Positions 31,001-39,379 of a DNA stretch of 64,000 bases are shown here, piece by piece; within the stretch, counting starts at the first letter, position 1; every line of letters starts with the position of its first letter. This stretch comes from an uncultured virus (IMG/VR IMGVR_UViG_3300040751_003707) (Duplodnaviria; Heunggongvirae; Uroviricota; Caudoviricetes). The notes under the pieces were generated by a model. It had not been told where the DNA came from. It did not search any database and saw only the letters and a program-made list of their open reading frames with translations. The position numbers and the translations under genes were made by a program. The stretch is taken from IMG/VR virus record IMGVR_UViG_3300040751_003707. The stretch is one strand, 5' to 3'.

Positions 31001-34000
31001 CCTCTGTCGGTGAAGTTGAGGCGTCTACGGATTCACTTATTGCTAAATTAGAGCGTTTCATAGTTTCCCCTATTGGCATGTTAGGTCTTGTTCTTGTTGG
31101 TAATCTTGGTTTTACCAAATTACTAGCGGGTATAAGCGCAGTTAGAGCAGCAGTTGTTTCTACAATTGCCGCAGGTGCAATTGGTAATACAGCAAGAGCT
31201 GGATTATTATCTTTAGCGATTTTTGGTGAGGGTTCTATTCTTGCAGGTATTGGCGCGGTATTAGCTGGTATTGGCAAAGCTATTCTGGCTTTTATTGGGT
31301 CTTGGACTGCAATTATTATTGCAGCAGTAGCTGTATTTGGTCTAATTGGTATTGCTGTATTTGGCGAGGGTGACTCATTCGGTGAGAAACTTGGCAACGC
31401 TTATGATGCAGTAAGAAAATTCTTTGGCTTTTCTTCAAGAGAGGCATCACGGTTAAGATCAAATATCGCGGATGCTATTGGAGAAATCAGAGAAATCGAT
31501 GATATCGAGATTAATTTGATTGGGACTCTACAAGGTGTTAATCTTGAAGGGGCAGATCCTGAAAGAGCTGAAAGAGCTATTTTCTTAGCGAATAGAACAA
31601 ATAGCATCTTAGAAGAAGCTAATCGTGCTTTCGAAGAAGATGGCCGTATTTCATCAGCACAAAGAAGAAGAATTGAAAGAGCAGTATTACTTACTAGAGA
31701 CGCTATCGAAGATCTCGACACTACAGAAGATGGCGCGGGTAACGTAAGAACTCAAGCTGGTCTTTTAACCCCACTACTTTCAAGTGTACTTAGCGGTGGA
31801 GTAGGGGATTTCCGAGATGCTGTTGCTAATCAAAATAGAAGATTAACCAGAAATGCATTTTCCGCTTTAGAAGAAATACAAACAGCAGTAGACCAAGGGC
31901 TAGATGTTCAGTTTTTACTTGATGACTTCTTAACAGACTTTGGATCACAATTGAGTGGAACCCAATACGGTGCTGCATTTATTGATCTTATTACTGCTAT
32001 TTCTGAAAATGCTTCTCAAGATCTAGAAATTGCCCCAGATACGCTATCCAGCATTAGTACTGATCTTCTTGATATCGAACAACAGATCGGACAAGGTGGA
32101 ACAGCGTTAAGAGATGCTTTTACAGCTGCAGCAGAAGAGATTCGAACCGGAACTGAACAAGCTACAGTAGATAGAAGAATTGTTATCAGAGAAAATGAAG
32201 AAGAAGCTTTTAGAAATGCTCTTGCTGATATTGATTCTATTTTTGGTAATGAATATGATTTTGGTCAGTTTGATGACTCTTTTATAACAAGACTAGGTGT
32301 TAATGACTTAAGAGCAGTTACTGATTATCTAATAGAACAAGTTGAGTCAATTACAGAAGAGTTAGAAGGACTTGATGCACAGGGTCGTGGAAGTGAAGCA
32401 CGAGTAGCTATAATTGAAAGTCTCCAAACAGGATTAGACAATTATCTTGACGATTGGTTAACGACAGCGGGTCTTCAAGATCCTGTTGAAAATGAGGTGG
32501 CTAGCCGATTAGATGTTCTAAACGACAGACTTTCTGAAATTGGTGTTCAAACACTAGACTTGTTACCTTCTGGTGATACTCTATTTAATGATTTATCAGG
32601 TGTTGCACAAAGTCAATACACAATTATTGACGATATCGTTGGAAGAATTGAAAGTGCAAGAGCTTCCTTAACCGACGGTACTGATAGAACTAACGCTGAA
32701 ATAAATCAAATCATAACTAATATTGCAAGATTATCAAACGAACTTGAGTTAACAATTGCTACTCAAAATGCTCAGACAAGAGCAACTGTTGATAGAATTG
32801 GAGCTATACAGGCAGCTCTTTCTCAAGTTGATGATCCTGTAGATTTAGATACTGTATTAGCGTTTAGCCCTTCCAGAATTAATGAAATTCTTACCTTAAG
32901 TGCTTCTATTGATGTCCTTACACTGTCACTAACTAAACTTGCAGCAGCAGGAACTGGTGATGCAGGTATTCAAAGAGCATTACAAGTTGGTATTGATAAC
33001 GCCAGAGCAAGATTAGATGAACTTCTCGGTGGTGGTGGAGTACCCGCTACAGGTGGTGGAGGTGGCGGTGGAGAAACTCAAACCGCTATCGAACAACTAA
33101 CTTCTTCACTTTCTGAACTTGGATTTACTCTAGACACACTAGATATTGCCGGGTTTAACTTAGAAACACTTAACTCATTAAGCTCTGCAGCAGAATCTTA
33201 TCTTGAGGCTCAAGAAGCTGTAACAGAGTCTGCTTTTGAAGAAGTTGAAGCACGGAGACAAGCTCTTGAAACACTTAATCAATCAAGAGAACAAGTTGCA
33301 AACATACTTGCTGAAAGCACTTTTGGTGGATTAAGAGCAGCGTTTGAAGGGTTAGGTTCATCTCTTGATGTATCTACGCTACTTTCATTTAATGAAGGCA
33401 CAATTCAATCAGCTCTTGAAAATGCACTACGTATTGTAGAAATTGAGTCTCAGATAAATAGCTTAACAGTAGATCAAATTGATCTTGCAAGAGAGCTAAA
33501 TGCTGAGTTAATGATGCGTAGAAGTCTTGAAGAGAACTTGTATCAAAACGCTATCAACAACACAGAAGGGGTAAGAGAGTCTTTCAAAAGCAATATCTCA
33601 GATGTGCTAAAAGGCGCTAAAACACTTCAGGAAGCGTTTGAAGGTATTCTAGATGACATCTCATCAAGAATTATTGACACTGTTGTTGATTCTTTTGTTG
33701 ATGCTTTCTTCGAAGCTTCAGGTTTGAATGACCTATTTACTAATCTGTTTGCAGGGTTATTCAATACAGGTCAGTCTGTAGGCTCTAGACTAGGGGAGTC
33801 TATTGGTAACTCAATGACATCTGGTCTTGAGAACAGTCTCGGTGATGGTGGGGGCTTCTTGTCTGGTATAACCGAGTTCTTCGGCAGCTTAATCCAAGGC
33901 ATTGGCGACTTCATCGGTGGTCTTTTTGGCGGCGGCGGAGGTGGAGGCTTCTTTAGCTTCTTCAGTAGCTTCGGCACTGGCTTCCTTGGCTTAAATGAAG

Positions 34001-34272
34001 GCGGTTTAGTTAAACCTATGGGTACAAGCCGTACAGACATTGATTCTGTGCCTGCCATGTTAACTCCCGGTGAGCTTGTAGTACCTGCTGATAAAGTTGA
34101 TTCTCTGTTGTCAGGGCAAGGTATTGGAGGCGGTGGTCAGACCACTGTTGTAAACCTGTCAATCACTGGTGATATATCTAGACAAACTAAAGCTGAAGTG
34201 ATGCGTATGATTCCACAAATTGCTTCTGGTGTTAATGCCACAAATCGAGAAAACAACTATCGAGCGAGGTAA
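28081..34272 (+). CDS. Tape measure protein
   Basis: GGAGG RBS; QLGQGLASGTLRGQELNSVLEQAP tape-measure domain; C-terminal DSVPAMLTPGELVV; about 2060 aa. Confidence 0.93.
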   Translation: MAVNIRVNADTSQARRDLNKLETSIVNIDKRTKTVSKNLTRLAVGISTAFGSAVAVRSINQATDSLTSLQNRIALVTGRTEALSNSLDELYAIARGAGGSIDGAVETFNRFGLALSNAGANVEDILRATESVQRSIAISGGSAQSASAAIFQLGQGLASGTLRGQELNSVLEQAPRLAQAISDSLGVGIGDLRGIAEQGGLTTDIVFGALLDQAETLNEEFQILERTSSQAFVVFRDTLNRLTGDISRTVGFTNLFTSTFDFLTNEIVNNSDVIEVALYSALSNISSTFRDLRLVGQELYLLFEQISGIVLSSFLPSFTSSEGFVSKLAKGFLSLNRQILRARLYIAELFNETQTLSTAFKIFRSESLLEVADVLYDLSLAIDEFGLKDTILYELAATFVDLENTIISFYNTLRLNDSFDDLIVAAYFMKRDVTNYIEGLVDDANNSFENIKSNISNIFAGISSTVTRYLSPVVDFITSALDVIERKFFWVYDQVIGNSWWTDTMEMTYFYAVEYLSKTEEYVSDFTENVVDKFRTLYRQINTFVNNLSLESIQDTALEFSVDLSSRAQAFFENPLENVNNALDSVLENFAKPLAALFSDIYKELSGLYPAITSILTLAFGASFIGLISSSFSKGLLFVARGGLIAVIASTFISNFGSEFFSSGIISEFSKAVGSAFGSIIGAVLSNIPEITRALIQVAVGFAQGLAEGISGIPGLILKGLVGSGSLTNGLTSFVDSIFGTIIGSISLALTAYAFNFAGFRGLTNNLIKARQKAFDKAAENGNAPSISFLESVLIGRDGGRRVVAKYAGIFLGLNAVLGTVIEDPVLRDVIAAGGVVASAIFSQNSNAVIQAGFNAITQIRTQIISLFATLQGQSLSQIATNLLTAVSSVATSISTMATTAYAQFAGMVAAARASAVGIFASFSTAFNGITPVITAALSRARALITAFAASARAKFLGISLAIALAFSASSANASVGEVEASTDSLIAKLERFIVSPIGMLGLVLVGNLGFTKLLAGISAVRAAVVSTIAAGAIGNTARAGLLSLAIFGEGSILAGIGAVLAGIGKAILAFIGSWTAIIIAAVAVFGLIGIAVFGEGDSFGEKLGNAYDAVRKFFGFSSREASRLRSNIADAIGEIREIDDIEINLIGTLQGVNLEGADPERAERAIFLANRTNSILEEANRAFEEDGRISSAQRRRIERAVLLTRDAIEDLDTTEDGAGNVRTQAGLLTPLLSSVLSGGVGDFRDAVANQNRRLTRNAFSALEEIQTAVDQGLDVQFLLDDFLTDFGSQLSGTQYGAAFIDLITAISENASQDLEIAPDTLSSISTDLLDIEQQIGQGGTALRDAFTAAAEEIRTGTEQATVDRRIVIRENEEEAFRNALADIDSIFGNEYDFGQFDDSFITRLGVNDLRAVTDYLIEQVESITEELEGLDAQGRGSEARVAIIESLQTGLDNYLDDWLTTAGLQDPVENEVASRLDVLNDRLSEIGVQTLDLLPSGDTLFNDLSGVAQSQYTIIDDIVGRIESARASLTDGTDRTNAEINQIITNIARLSNELELTIATQNAQTRATVDRIGAIQAALSQVDDPVDLDTVLAFSPSRINEILTLSASIDVLTLSLTKLAAAGTGDAGIQRALQVGIDNARARLDELLGGGGVPATGGGGGGGETQTAIEQLTSSLSELGFTLDTLDIAGFNLETLNSLSSAAESYLEAQEAVTESAFEEVEARRQALETLNQSREQVANILAESTFGGLRAAFEGLGSSLDVSTLLSFNEGTIQSALENALRIVEIESQINSLTVDQIDLARELNAELMMRRSLEENLYQNAINNTEGVRESFKSNISDVLKGAKTLQEAFEGILDDISSRIIDTVVDSFVDAFFEASGLNDLFTNLFAGLFNTGQSVGSRLGESIGNSMTSGLENSLGDGGGFLSGITEFFGSLIQGIGDFIGGLFGGGGGGGFFSFFSSFGTGFLGLNEGGLVKPMGTSRTDIDSVPAMLTPGELVVPADKVDSLLSGQGIGGGGQTTVVNLSITGDISRQTKAEVMRMIPQIASGVNATNRENNYRAR

Positions 34273-34278
34273 TACACT

Positions 34279-34584
34279 ATGAAAAAGTGGAACAAGCTTT
34301 TCAGATTGAAAAATGGACAACTAGTATGGAGAGAATCCCGTGGCAGAGTTGCTGCGGGTTCTCCTGCTGGTACAAATCATGGTGATGGATATAAAACAGT
34401 CCGTATAAATGGTAAAGCACATTACGTACACCGAATTGTAAAAGAAATGTCAACTGGCAAAAGAGTCAATGGTGAAGTAGATCACAGAGATAGAAACAGA
34501 TCTAATAATAAACCGGGAAATCTCCGCGTAACAAACAGGTCTGGTAATAACAAAAATAGACGAGCATGGTCTCGTAAAAAGTAA
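34279..34584 (+). CDS. HNH endonuclease
   Basis: YVHRIV...EVDHRDRNRSNN...NLR motif. Confidence 0.85.
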   Translation: MKKWNKLFRLKNGQLVWRESRGRVAAGSPAGTNHGDGYKTVRINGKAHYVHRIVKEMSTGKRVNGEVDHRDRNRSNNKPGNLRVTNRSGNNKNRRAWSRKK

Positions 34585-34589
34585 CTATA

Positions 34590-34616
34590 GGGCGTCCCTT
34601 TTGGGGCGTCCTTTTT
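34590..34616 (+). terminator. Intrinsic terminator ending the virion module
   Basis: GGGCGTCCC-TTTT-GGGGCGTCC followed by TTTTT. Confidence 0.8.
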
Positions 34617-34632
34617 AATCAAATCTGGAATA

Positions 34633-34722
34633 AAAACTGTATAAAAAAGTGAGAAAATTGATGCATCTATAATGATACAATCATGTATCAGTCAGCAAAT
34701 ATGGAGGACACCATGCTGAACA
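34633..34722 (+). repeat. 90-bp class A repeat copy 1 (promoter-like motif, hairpin, RBS and start codon)
   Basis: Near-identical to 35123-35212; contains GCATCTATAATGA, TGATACA/TGTATCA and GGAGG-ATG. Confidence 0.85.
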
Positions 34723-35060
34723 GTACCATTGAGTACGAGATCACTTCTCATGCAGCGCCGCTGCAGGTTGAGGGGATCATACGTAGCAATGAAGGGGAAA
34801 TCCGCCCCTTCTACTTCTGCAACCGCAATAATTCACTTTATTGCATTGTGGGAAGTCGCTACAAAGAGGATTACTTGAATGACTCAAGTATGACTCGCCG
34901 CACTCTCATAAACGGGATGATGATATATCTTCTCGACTATGATAGTGACGCGTTCTCACTTCGGCAGACGTTATTTGTCGACGAAGATGATTTCTATAAA
35001 GAAATCTCTTTGAGTGAGGCGTTAGAGTTCATTATGATGACACACAAGTTGTCATTGTAA
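34713..35060 (+). CDS. Putative early hypothetical protein
   Basis: GGAGG RBS within the repeat; starts MLNSTIEY. Confidence 0.7.
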   Translation: MLNSTIEYEITSHAAPLQVEGIIRSNEGEIRPFYFCNRNNSLYCIVGSRYKEDYLNDSSMTRRTLINGMMIYLLDYDSDAFSLRQTLFVDEDDFYKEISLSEALEFIMMTHKLSL

Positions 35061-35065
35061 TACTC

Positions 35066-35116
35066 ACACCCTGAGCATGGTGTAAAACTGCTCAATATCA
35101 ATTGTACGGGCTTTGT
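35066..35116 (+). repeat. 51-bp repeat copy 1 containing an H-type pseudoknot
   Basis: ACACC-C-TGAGCA-T-GGTGT-AAAAC-TGCTCA; repeated at 35710-35760. Confidence 0.8.
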
Positions 35117-35122
35117 CTGTAC

Positions 35123-35212
35123 AAAACTGCATCAAAAAGTGAGAAAATTGATGCATCTATAATGATACAATCATGTATCAGTCAGCAACAATGGAGGACA
35201 CCATGCTGAACA
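35123..35212 (+). repeat. 90-bp class A repeat copy 2
   Basis: Offset 490 bp from copy 1. Confidence 0.85.
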
Positions 35213-35457
35213 CTGAAGTGCATAAAGTTCGTTTTAACGTCATCGCTCTTATGAGGGATGGTTCCTATCGAGCTATTCGCTGGATTGGGTACAGCGACGA
35301 AGTTTGTCGCAAGGACGGGTCTTTTGATTCGTACCGCGCAATGGGTGTGTTTTATATAGACACACACCCGGACTCCGCAATCCGCGAAGAGATCACTTCA
35401 GTGATCACTGCAGTGGAGGACACAGAAGATCTTGAAGGAATCGAGTTCTTTCTGTGA
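35203..35457 (+). CDS. Putative early hypothetical protein
   Basis: GGAGG RBS within the repeat; starts MLNTEVHK. Confidence 0.7.
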   Translation: MLNTEVHKVRFNVIALMRDGSYRAIRWIGYSDEVCRKDGSFDSYRAMGVFYIDTHPDSAIREEITSVITAVEDTEDLEGIEFFL

Positions 35458-35465
35458 ACAAAAGT

Positions 35466-35491
35466 GGGGCTGGCTTCGGCTGGCCCCTCTT
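35466..35491 (+). terminator. GC hairpin with TTCG loop
   Basis: GGGGCTGGC-TTCG-GCTGGCCCC; weak T tail. Confidence 0.5.
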
Positions 35492-35515
35492 AACACTTAA
35501 CCCTACCATGAACTA

Positions 35516-35698
35516 ATGGAGAAAACAATGGAAATCTTCTTCACACTGTATGTTATTATCGGTGTTACTCTGCTTTGTGTTCTTAATTGGGAAGCAGCAG
35601 GTTCATTACCCCTCTATATGAAAGTAATTACAACGCTCTTGGTTGCAATATCCGGTGTTCCTGTATTTTATATTTTCTACAAGTTTTGGTATAAGTAG
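35516..35698 (+). CDS. Small two-TM membrane protein
   Basis: Two hydrophobic segments; GGAG RBS nearby. Confidence 0.6.
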   Translation: MEKTMEIFFTLYVIIGVTLLCVLNWEAAGSLPLYMKVITTLLVAISGVPVFYIFYKFWYK

Positions 35699-35709
35699 AT
35701 TAATCAACA

Positions 35710-35760
35710 ACACCCTGAGCATGGTGTAAAACTGCTCAACTTCAATTGTACGGGCTTTGT
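35710..35760 (+). repeat. 51-bp repeat copy 2 (pseudoknot)
   Basis: Offset 644 bp from copy 1. Confidence 0.8.
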
Positions 35761-35781
35761 ATACAAAGAAAGGAGCTAGTT

Positions 35782-36078
35782 ATGTTATCAACTGTTATCA
35801 ACTTACTCATACTTTTGCTTATAGGTCTTTTTATAAGGCTTGGTTGGCATCGTTATACAGACAACAAGGTTTATAAAATAAACGTTTATGTATTATTGTT
35901 TTTACTCGGCTTTGTGCTATTAACAGTTAACATTGTCAGCGTACCCCTTTATTTGGGTTTTTTCTCTGTCGATATTCTTTACTATCTTTCAGCTTATACT
36001 GGTAAGCTAAGAGATTATAAAAGAATCCTCGCCAAATTAATGAGAACTTTACCACAACCAAAAAGGAAAACAAAATGA
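35782..36078 (+). CDS. Small membrane protein
   Basis: AAGGAG RBS; hydrophobic segments and a basic tail. Confidence 0.6.
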   Translation: MLSTVINLLILLLIGLFIRLGWHRYTDNKVYKINVYVLLFLLGFVLLTVNIVSVPLYLGFFSVDILYYLSAYTGKLRDYKRILAKLMRTLPQPKRKTK

Positions 36079-36281
36079 ACAAAGAAGACTACAAAATGTC
36101 TTGGTCAAAGGCGATAGTACTTGGTATATTAGATGCAATACACTTCTTTGCAAAAATTATACTAATGCCTCCGATCTCTGAAGAAGTGCTAAACATGAAC
36201 TCGAGAAGAAACTCTCGAAAGATCAAGAAGCCAGAAAGGAAGAAACAATGCTCAACAAACTCATCATCTTGTCGGCCATAA
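36075..36281 (+). CDS. Hypothetical protein
   Basis: AAGGA RBS; ATGA overlap with the upstream gene. Confidence 0.5.
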   Translation: MNKEDYKMSWSKAIVLGILDAIHFFAKIILMPPISEEVLNMNSRRNSRKIKKPERKKQCSTNSSSCRP

Positions 36282-36418
36282 GTATCATAGCCGTTTATAG
36301 TATAATTTCGCTACTGTTAATTGTTCTTAAATTAGCAGTTGCCTTCTTTTTTACGCTGGTAATTTATATGGTTATTGCTTTTATCATCATACAATTTATA
36401 AATAAAATACTTGTTTAA
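36248..36418 (+). CDS. Small hydrophobic protein, 56 aa (not in the ORF track)
   Basis: AAGGA RBS; MLNKLIILSAISIIAVYSIISLLLIVLK... Confidence 0.5.
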   Translation: MLNKLIILSAISIIAVYSIISLLLIVLKLAVAFFFTLVIYMVIAFIIIQFINKILV

Positions 36419-36588
36419 AAAAGAGTAACAAAATTAATTAATGATTATGACTTTTTCTCTTATATACCTTATGGTTTTCAGAGGAAAAGTTGTCTATGAA
36501 GCCAATAAAAAGAGGTTTAACGCCCAAAAGAAAGTTAAACAAAGCTCTTAAAAGCTTGTCAACAACCCTGAGAAAAGGAAAGACACAC

Positions 36589-36897
36589 ATGTCTATCGTA
36601 CAGAAACTCTTCCGTGGTACCTCTGAGAAAGAAGCTAAAGAACTTGCTTCTGGTAAACAAACTCGTGGAATTACTCACTGGACTGACAGCCTTGAAAAAG
36701 CTGCAATGTATGGTGATGTTGTAATTGAGCTTAGGTTCGAAGAAAAACCAAAGCACCTTGATATGCATCAGCATGTTGCTCTTGGTAACGAAGTTCACGG
36801 TAACATCCGCGAATGGAGAATCCCTAAGCAACTGTTCGAGAAAGACGGCGGTGTTTACTGTTACGCCGAAGAGGAGATTATCCACAACGTAGGGTAA
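36589..36897 (+). CDS. Putative ADP-ribosyltransferase-fold protein
   Basis: AAAGGA RBS; LFRG...THWTDS...A.MYG...EW pattern. Confidence 0.5.
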   Translation: MSIVQKLFRGTSEKEAKELASGKQTRGITHWTDSLEKAAMYGDVVIELRFEEKPKHLDMHQHVALGNEVHGNIREWRIPKQLFEKDGGVYCYAEEEIIHNVG

Positions 36898-36919
36898 TCC
36901 TCTGATAAAATCAAAACGG

Positions 36920-36948
36920 AAAAGGGCTGGTTTAAATTGGCCCTTTTT
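36920..36948 (+). terminator. Intrinsic terminator
   Basis: AAAAGGGCTGG-tttaaa-TTGGCCCTTTTT. Confidence 0.65.
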
Positions 36949-36973
36949 ACTCTGTAAATCCCCTACAAGGAAC

Positions 36974-37261
36974 ATGAAAATGACAACCAGTACAGAACAG
37001 CTACTAAAAGAAGTACTCGATAAAATTATTGAAGAAAAAGTTGATGAATACCTCAATAAGTATCTATCGAGCGATATTGAGGAAGTAGTTGAGAAAAATA
37101 TCGAAGAGCACCTATCACAAAATAACTACGCGACCTTAAAGGATGTAGATGAGGTAATTGAGGAGTTCATAAATAACGATTTTGATCAAATAGCGCAGGA
37201 GTATCTTTCTCGTAGCGTACTAACAATAAAAGTAGAGGACATCTCCAAATGTTACGTGTAA
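36974..37261 (+). CDS. Acidic helical hypothetical protein
   Basis: AAGGA RBS; D/E-rich. Confidence 0.6.
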   Translation: MKMTTSTEQLLKEVLDKIIEEKVDEYLNKYLSSDIEEVVEKNIEEHLSQNNYATLKDVDEVIEEFINNDFDQIAQEYLSRSVLTIKVEDISKCYV

Positions 37262-37512
37262 ACATGGACGTGATATTAGACGAAAATACAGATAAGGAGA
37301 AGTATTTTGATCTAGAAATCTGGGGGAGAGTTTATGAAGGAGGTTCTACAAGATGGGGTAGTGATGAACCCCCTTGGGCTGAAGTAGAGATCAGTGAGAT
37401 ATATGACTTGTTTACAAACGAGGAGTTATCAACAGAAGACTGGAACCGAATTGTCGATGAATACGGCAATAAAATCGATGAGCTTCTAATCGAAGCAAAT
37501 CAAACTATCTAA
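37249..37512 (+). CDS. Acidic hypothetical protein
   Basis: GAGG RBS; D/E-rich. Confidence 0.6.
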   Translation: MLRVNMDVILDENTDKEKYFDLEIWGRVYEGGSTRWGSDEPPWAEVEISEIYDLFTNEELSTEDWNRIVDEYGNKIDELLIEANQTI

Positions 37513-37538
37513 CAAAACTCAAACAGCAGGAGCTAACT

Positions 37539-38126
37539 ATGAGCAATAACTACAAAACCCTAACGGAACTGAATGTAAAGGCCGGTGATGTTGTCCTTTT
37601 CAATAGCAATGTGGAATATAGAATTTGGGGTTGGATTGGAGATAAGGTTTATAAAACCAAACATAAACACTCACTTGAACGAGGAGAGACTCTTTCTAAA
37701 GATATTGTTGGTTGGGAAATTGTTTCCCGTCGTCTTCGTATTGAAGAGGGAAAATATTACCGAGATGAAAATGGGAATTGTGTAGGACCGATGGTTGGTG
37801 ATACTTTTAAATGGGTTGCGGGTAAAAGCTCAATAACAGATCCAGATTGGACAAATTGGGGAGAAGGAACTACTAAACACACACCTAATCTTGTTGCTGA
37901 ATGGGACTTTGATAACGTAAACACAGAAAACTTTATCAAAGAAATGTCTTACAAAAAGATCTTGGAAGGGCGGTATAATACTACTGAAATCGTAGAAAGT
38001 AACCCAACTTCTGTGTGGATTCGCATAGACAACCTACTTACCGAGAAAGAACTACGAGAAACTTCAACAGTGTTGAATTCTCTTGCAGATGCAATCTGTT
38101 ATAACAGAAATAACAGCAACCTCTAA
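37539..38126 (+). CDS. Hypothetical protein
   Basis: AGGAG RBS; IEEGKYYR...VGP motif shared with the 58370 protein. Confidence 0.65.
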   Translation: MSNNYKTLTELNVKAGDVVLFNSNVEYRIWGWIGDKVYKTKHKHSLERGETLSKDIVGWEIVSRRLRIEEGKYYRDENGNCVGPMVGDTFKWVAGKSSITDPDWTNWGEGTTKHTPNLVAEWDFDNVNTENFIKEMSYKKILEGRYNTTEIVESNPTSVWIRIDNLLTEKELRETSTVLNSLADAICYNRNNSNL

Positions 38127-38146
38127 CAAACCTGAAAGGAAGCAAA

Positions 38147-38545
38147 ATGCTTACTTCTGCTGCACTCTGTCTTGCCCTGAACATCTTCTTTGAGGCAAGA
38201 GATGAACCCTTTCTTGGCCAGCTCATGGTCGCGGAAGTAACACTCAACCGGGTTGAACATCGCAGTTACCCCGATAACATCTGCGATGTTGTCTGGCAAC
38301 GCAGGCAATTCAGCTGGACTCATGATGGTCTTTCTGATAATCCAGAAGATTACCCTTATCTTGACAGAGAAGCATGGGGTGAAATCCTTGTACTGACAAC
38401 AAGAATCTTGAACGGAGAACAAGAACTACCAAACAATGAAGCAATCATGTTTCATGCAGACTATGTTCTACCTTATTGGGTAGATCACTATGAACAAGTA
38501 GGGATGGTCGGTGGACATATTTTCTACGGAGAACGAGGAGAGTAA
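38147..38545 (+). CDS. SleB-like cell wall hydrolase (Hydrolase_2)
   Basis: CLALNIFFEARDE, V.LNRV, ICDVVWQRRQFSW and GGHIFY motifs. Confidence 0.92.
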   Translation: MLTSAALCLALNIFFEARDEPFLGQLMVAEVTLNRVEHRSYPDNICDVVWQRRQFSWTHDGLSDNPEDYPYLDREAWGEILVLTTRILNGEQELPNNEAIMFHADYVLPYWVDHYEQVGMVGGHIFYGERGE

Positions 38546-38546
38546 A

Positions 38547-38729
38547 ATGGAAGATGTCGAAACAAGGGTAGAAGTTGTACTAAATAGTGGAGTTACAGAA
38601 AAATTTTGGTATACTCATATGGTTGAAGATTCTGGGTTTTTAAAATTCTTTACAAAAAAAGGAACTGAATACTTGTTTCAAAAAGATTGTGTAATGATGA
38701 TGGTTGTTTACCATACGCGAGATAACTGA
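38547..38729 (+). CDS. Hypothetical protein
   Basis: GAGGAG RBS before ATG (MEDVETRV). Confidence 0.5.
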   Translation: MEDVETRVEVVLNSGVTEKFWYTHMVEDSGFLKFFTKKGTEYLFQKDCVMMMVVYHTRDN

Positions 38730-38778
38730 GTAAATCCTCGCATCTATAACCCTAACAGCACTGTAAGGAGAAAACAAC

Positions 38779-39072
38779 ATGCTGGTACGCGTCTCTTTCG
38801 AAAATGGTTCCACCCTTACGATCGACTCTTCTCTTGTTGATCTTTACTTCCCAATGACAGCAAGAATCAAAAGTATGTATGTTATCGAAGATACAAAAAT
38901 CAACAAAGAAACCCGCCTTGAGAACAACAGTTTCTCTTCTCTTGTTGGTGCTATTGATGCAATTCATAGCCATACGTACGAAGACCCTGATGTGTATGAT
39001 CATATGACAGACGACCTTGAAGCTTACTTCGATGAGCTTCTAAATCAAGAAGGTGATCACTACTACCCTTAA
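38779..39072 (+). CDS. Hypothetical protein
   Basis: AAGGAG RBS. Confidence 0.6.
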   Translation: MLVRVSFENGSTLTIDSSLVDLYFPMTARIKSMYVIEDTKINKETRLENNSFSSLVGAIDAIHSHTYEDPDVYDHMTDDLEAYFDELLNQEGDHYYP

Positions 39073-39099
39073 TCTCAACTTCAAAACAAGGAAAGCAAA

Positions 39100-39294
39100 A
39101 TGCTGGTAAAGCCCAAAACAACCTACGAAGCTATAAACAACTCTGGTGTAACAATTGAGGATGCTGTCGAATCAATCATGCAAATGCATCCAGAAGAAGA
39201 TGAGATAATGGTCTGGCACAATATCAATAATCACAACAGTCATTACTGTAAAACAGGCGAGACTTATATCTACATCAGAGATGAGTTGATGTAA
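39100..39294 (+). CDS. Hypothetical protein
   Basis: AAGGA RBS. Confidence 0.55.
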   Translation: MLVKPKTTYEAINNSGVTIEDAVESIMQMHPEEDEIMVWHNINNHNSHYCKTGETYIYIRDELM

Positions 39295-39309
39295 GCTATA
39301 CATAGATTA

Positions 39310-39357
39310 GCCCGCCCCTTCGGGGGCGGGTTTTACTTCAACCTTTTTTTTTTTTTT
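39310..39357 (+). terminator. Strong terminator hairpin plus T14 tract directly before the RNAP gene
   Basis: GCCCGCCCC-TTCG-GGGGCGGGT-TTT; T14 at 39344-39357. Confidence 0.8.
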
Positions 39358-39379
39358 GTTATAAAGGAGACCTCACTTA

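Noticed and set aside
29904..34058. Minus-strand ORFs inside the tape measure gene, and other minus-strand track ORFs
   Set aside because: They are antisense shadows of well-supported + strand genes, with no recognisable motifs.
35066..35095. Hammerhead ribozyme or known riboswitch
   Set aside because: Lacks the CTGATGA/GAAA core and I recognise no riboswitch consensus; kept as an unassigned pseudoknot.
34633..35760. CRISPR array or insertion-sequence ends
   Set aside because: Only two copies of each repeat, spaced 490 and 644 bp apart around ORFs; no cas or transposase gene.
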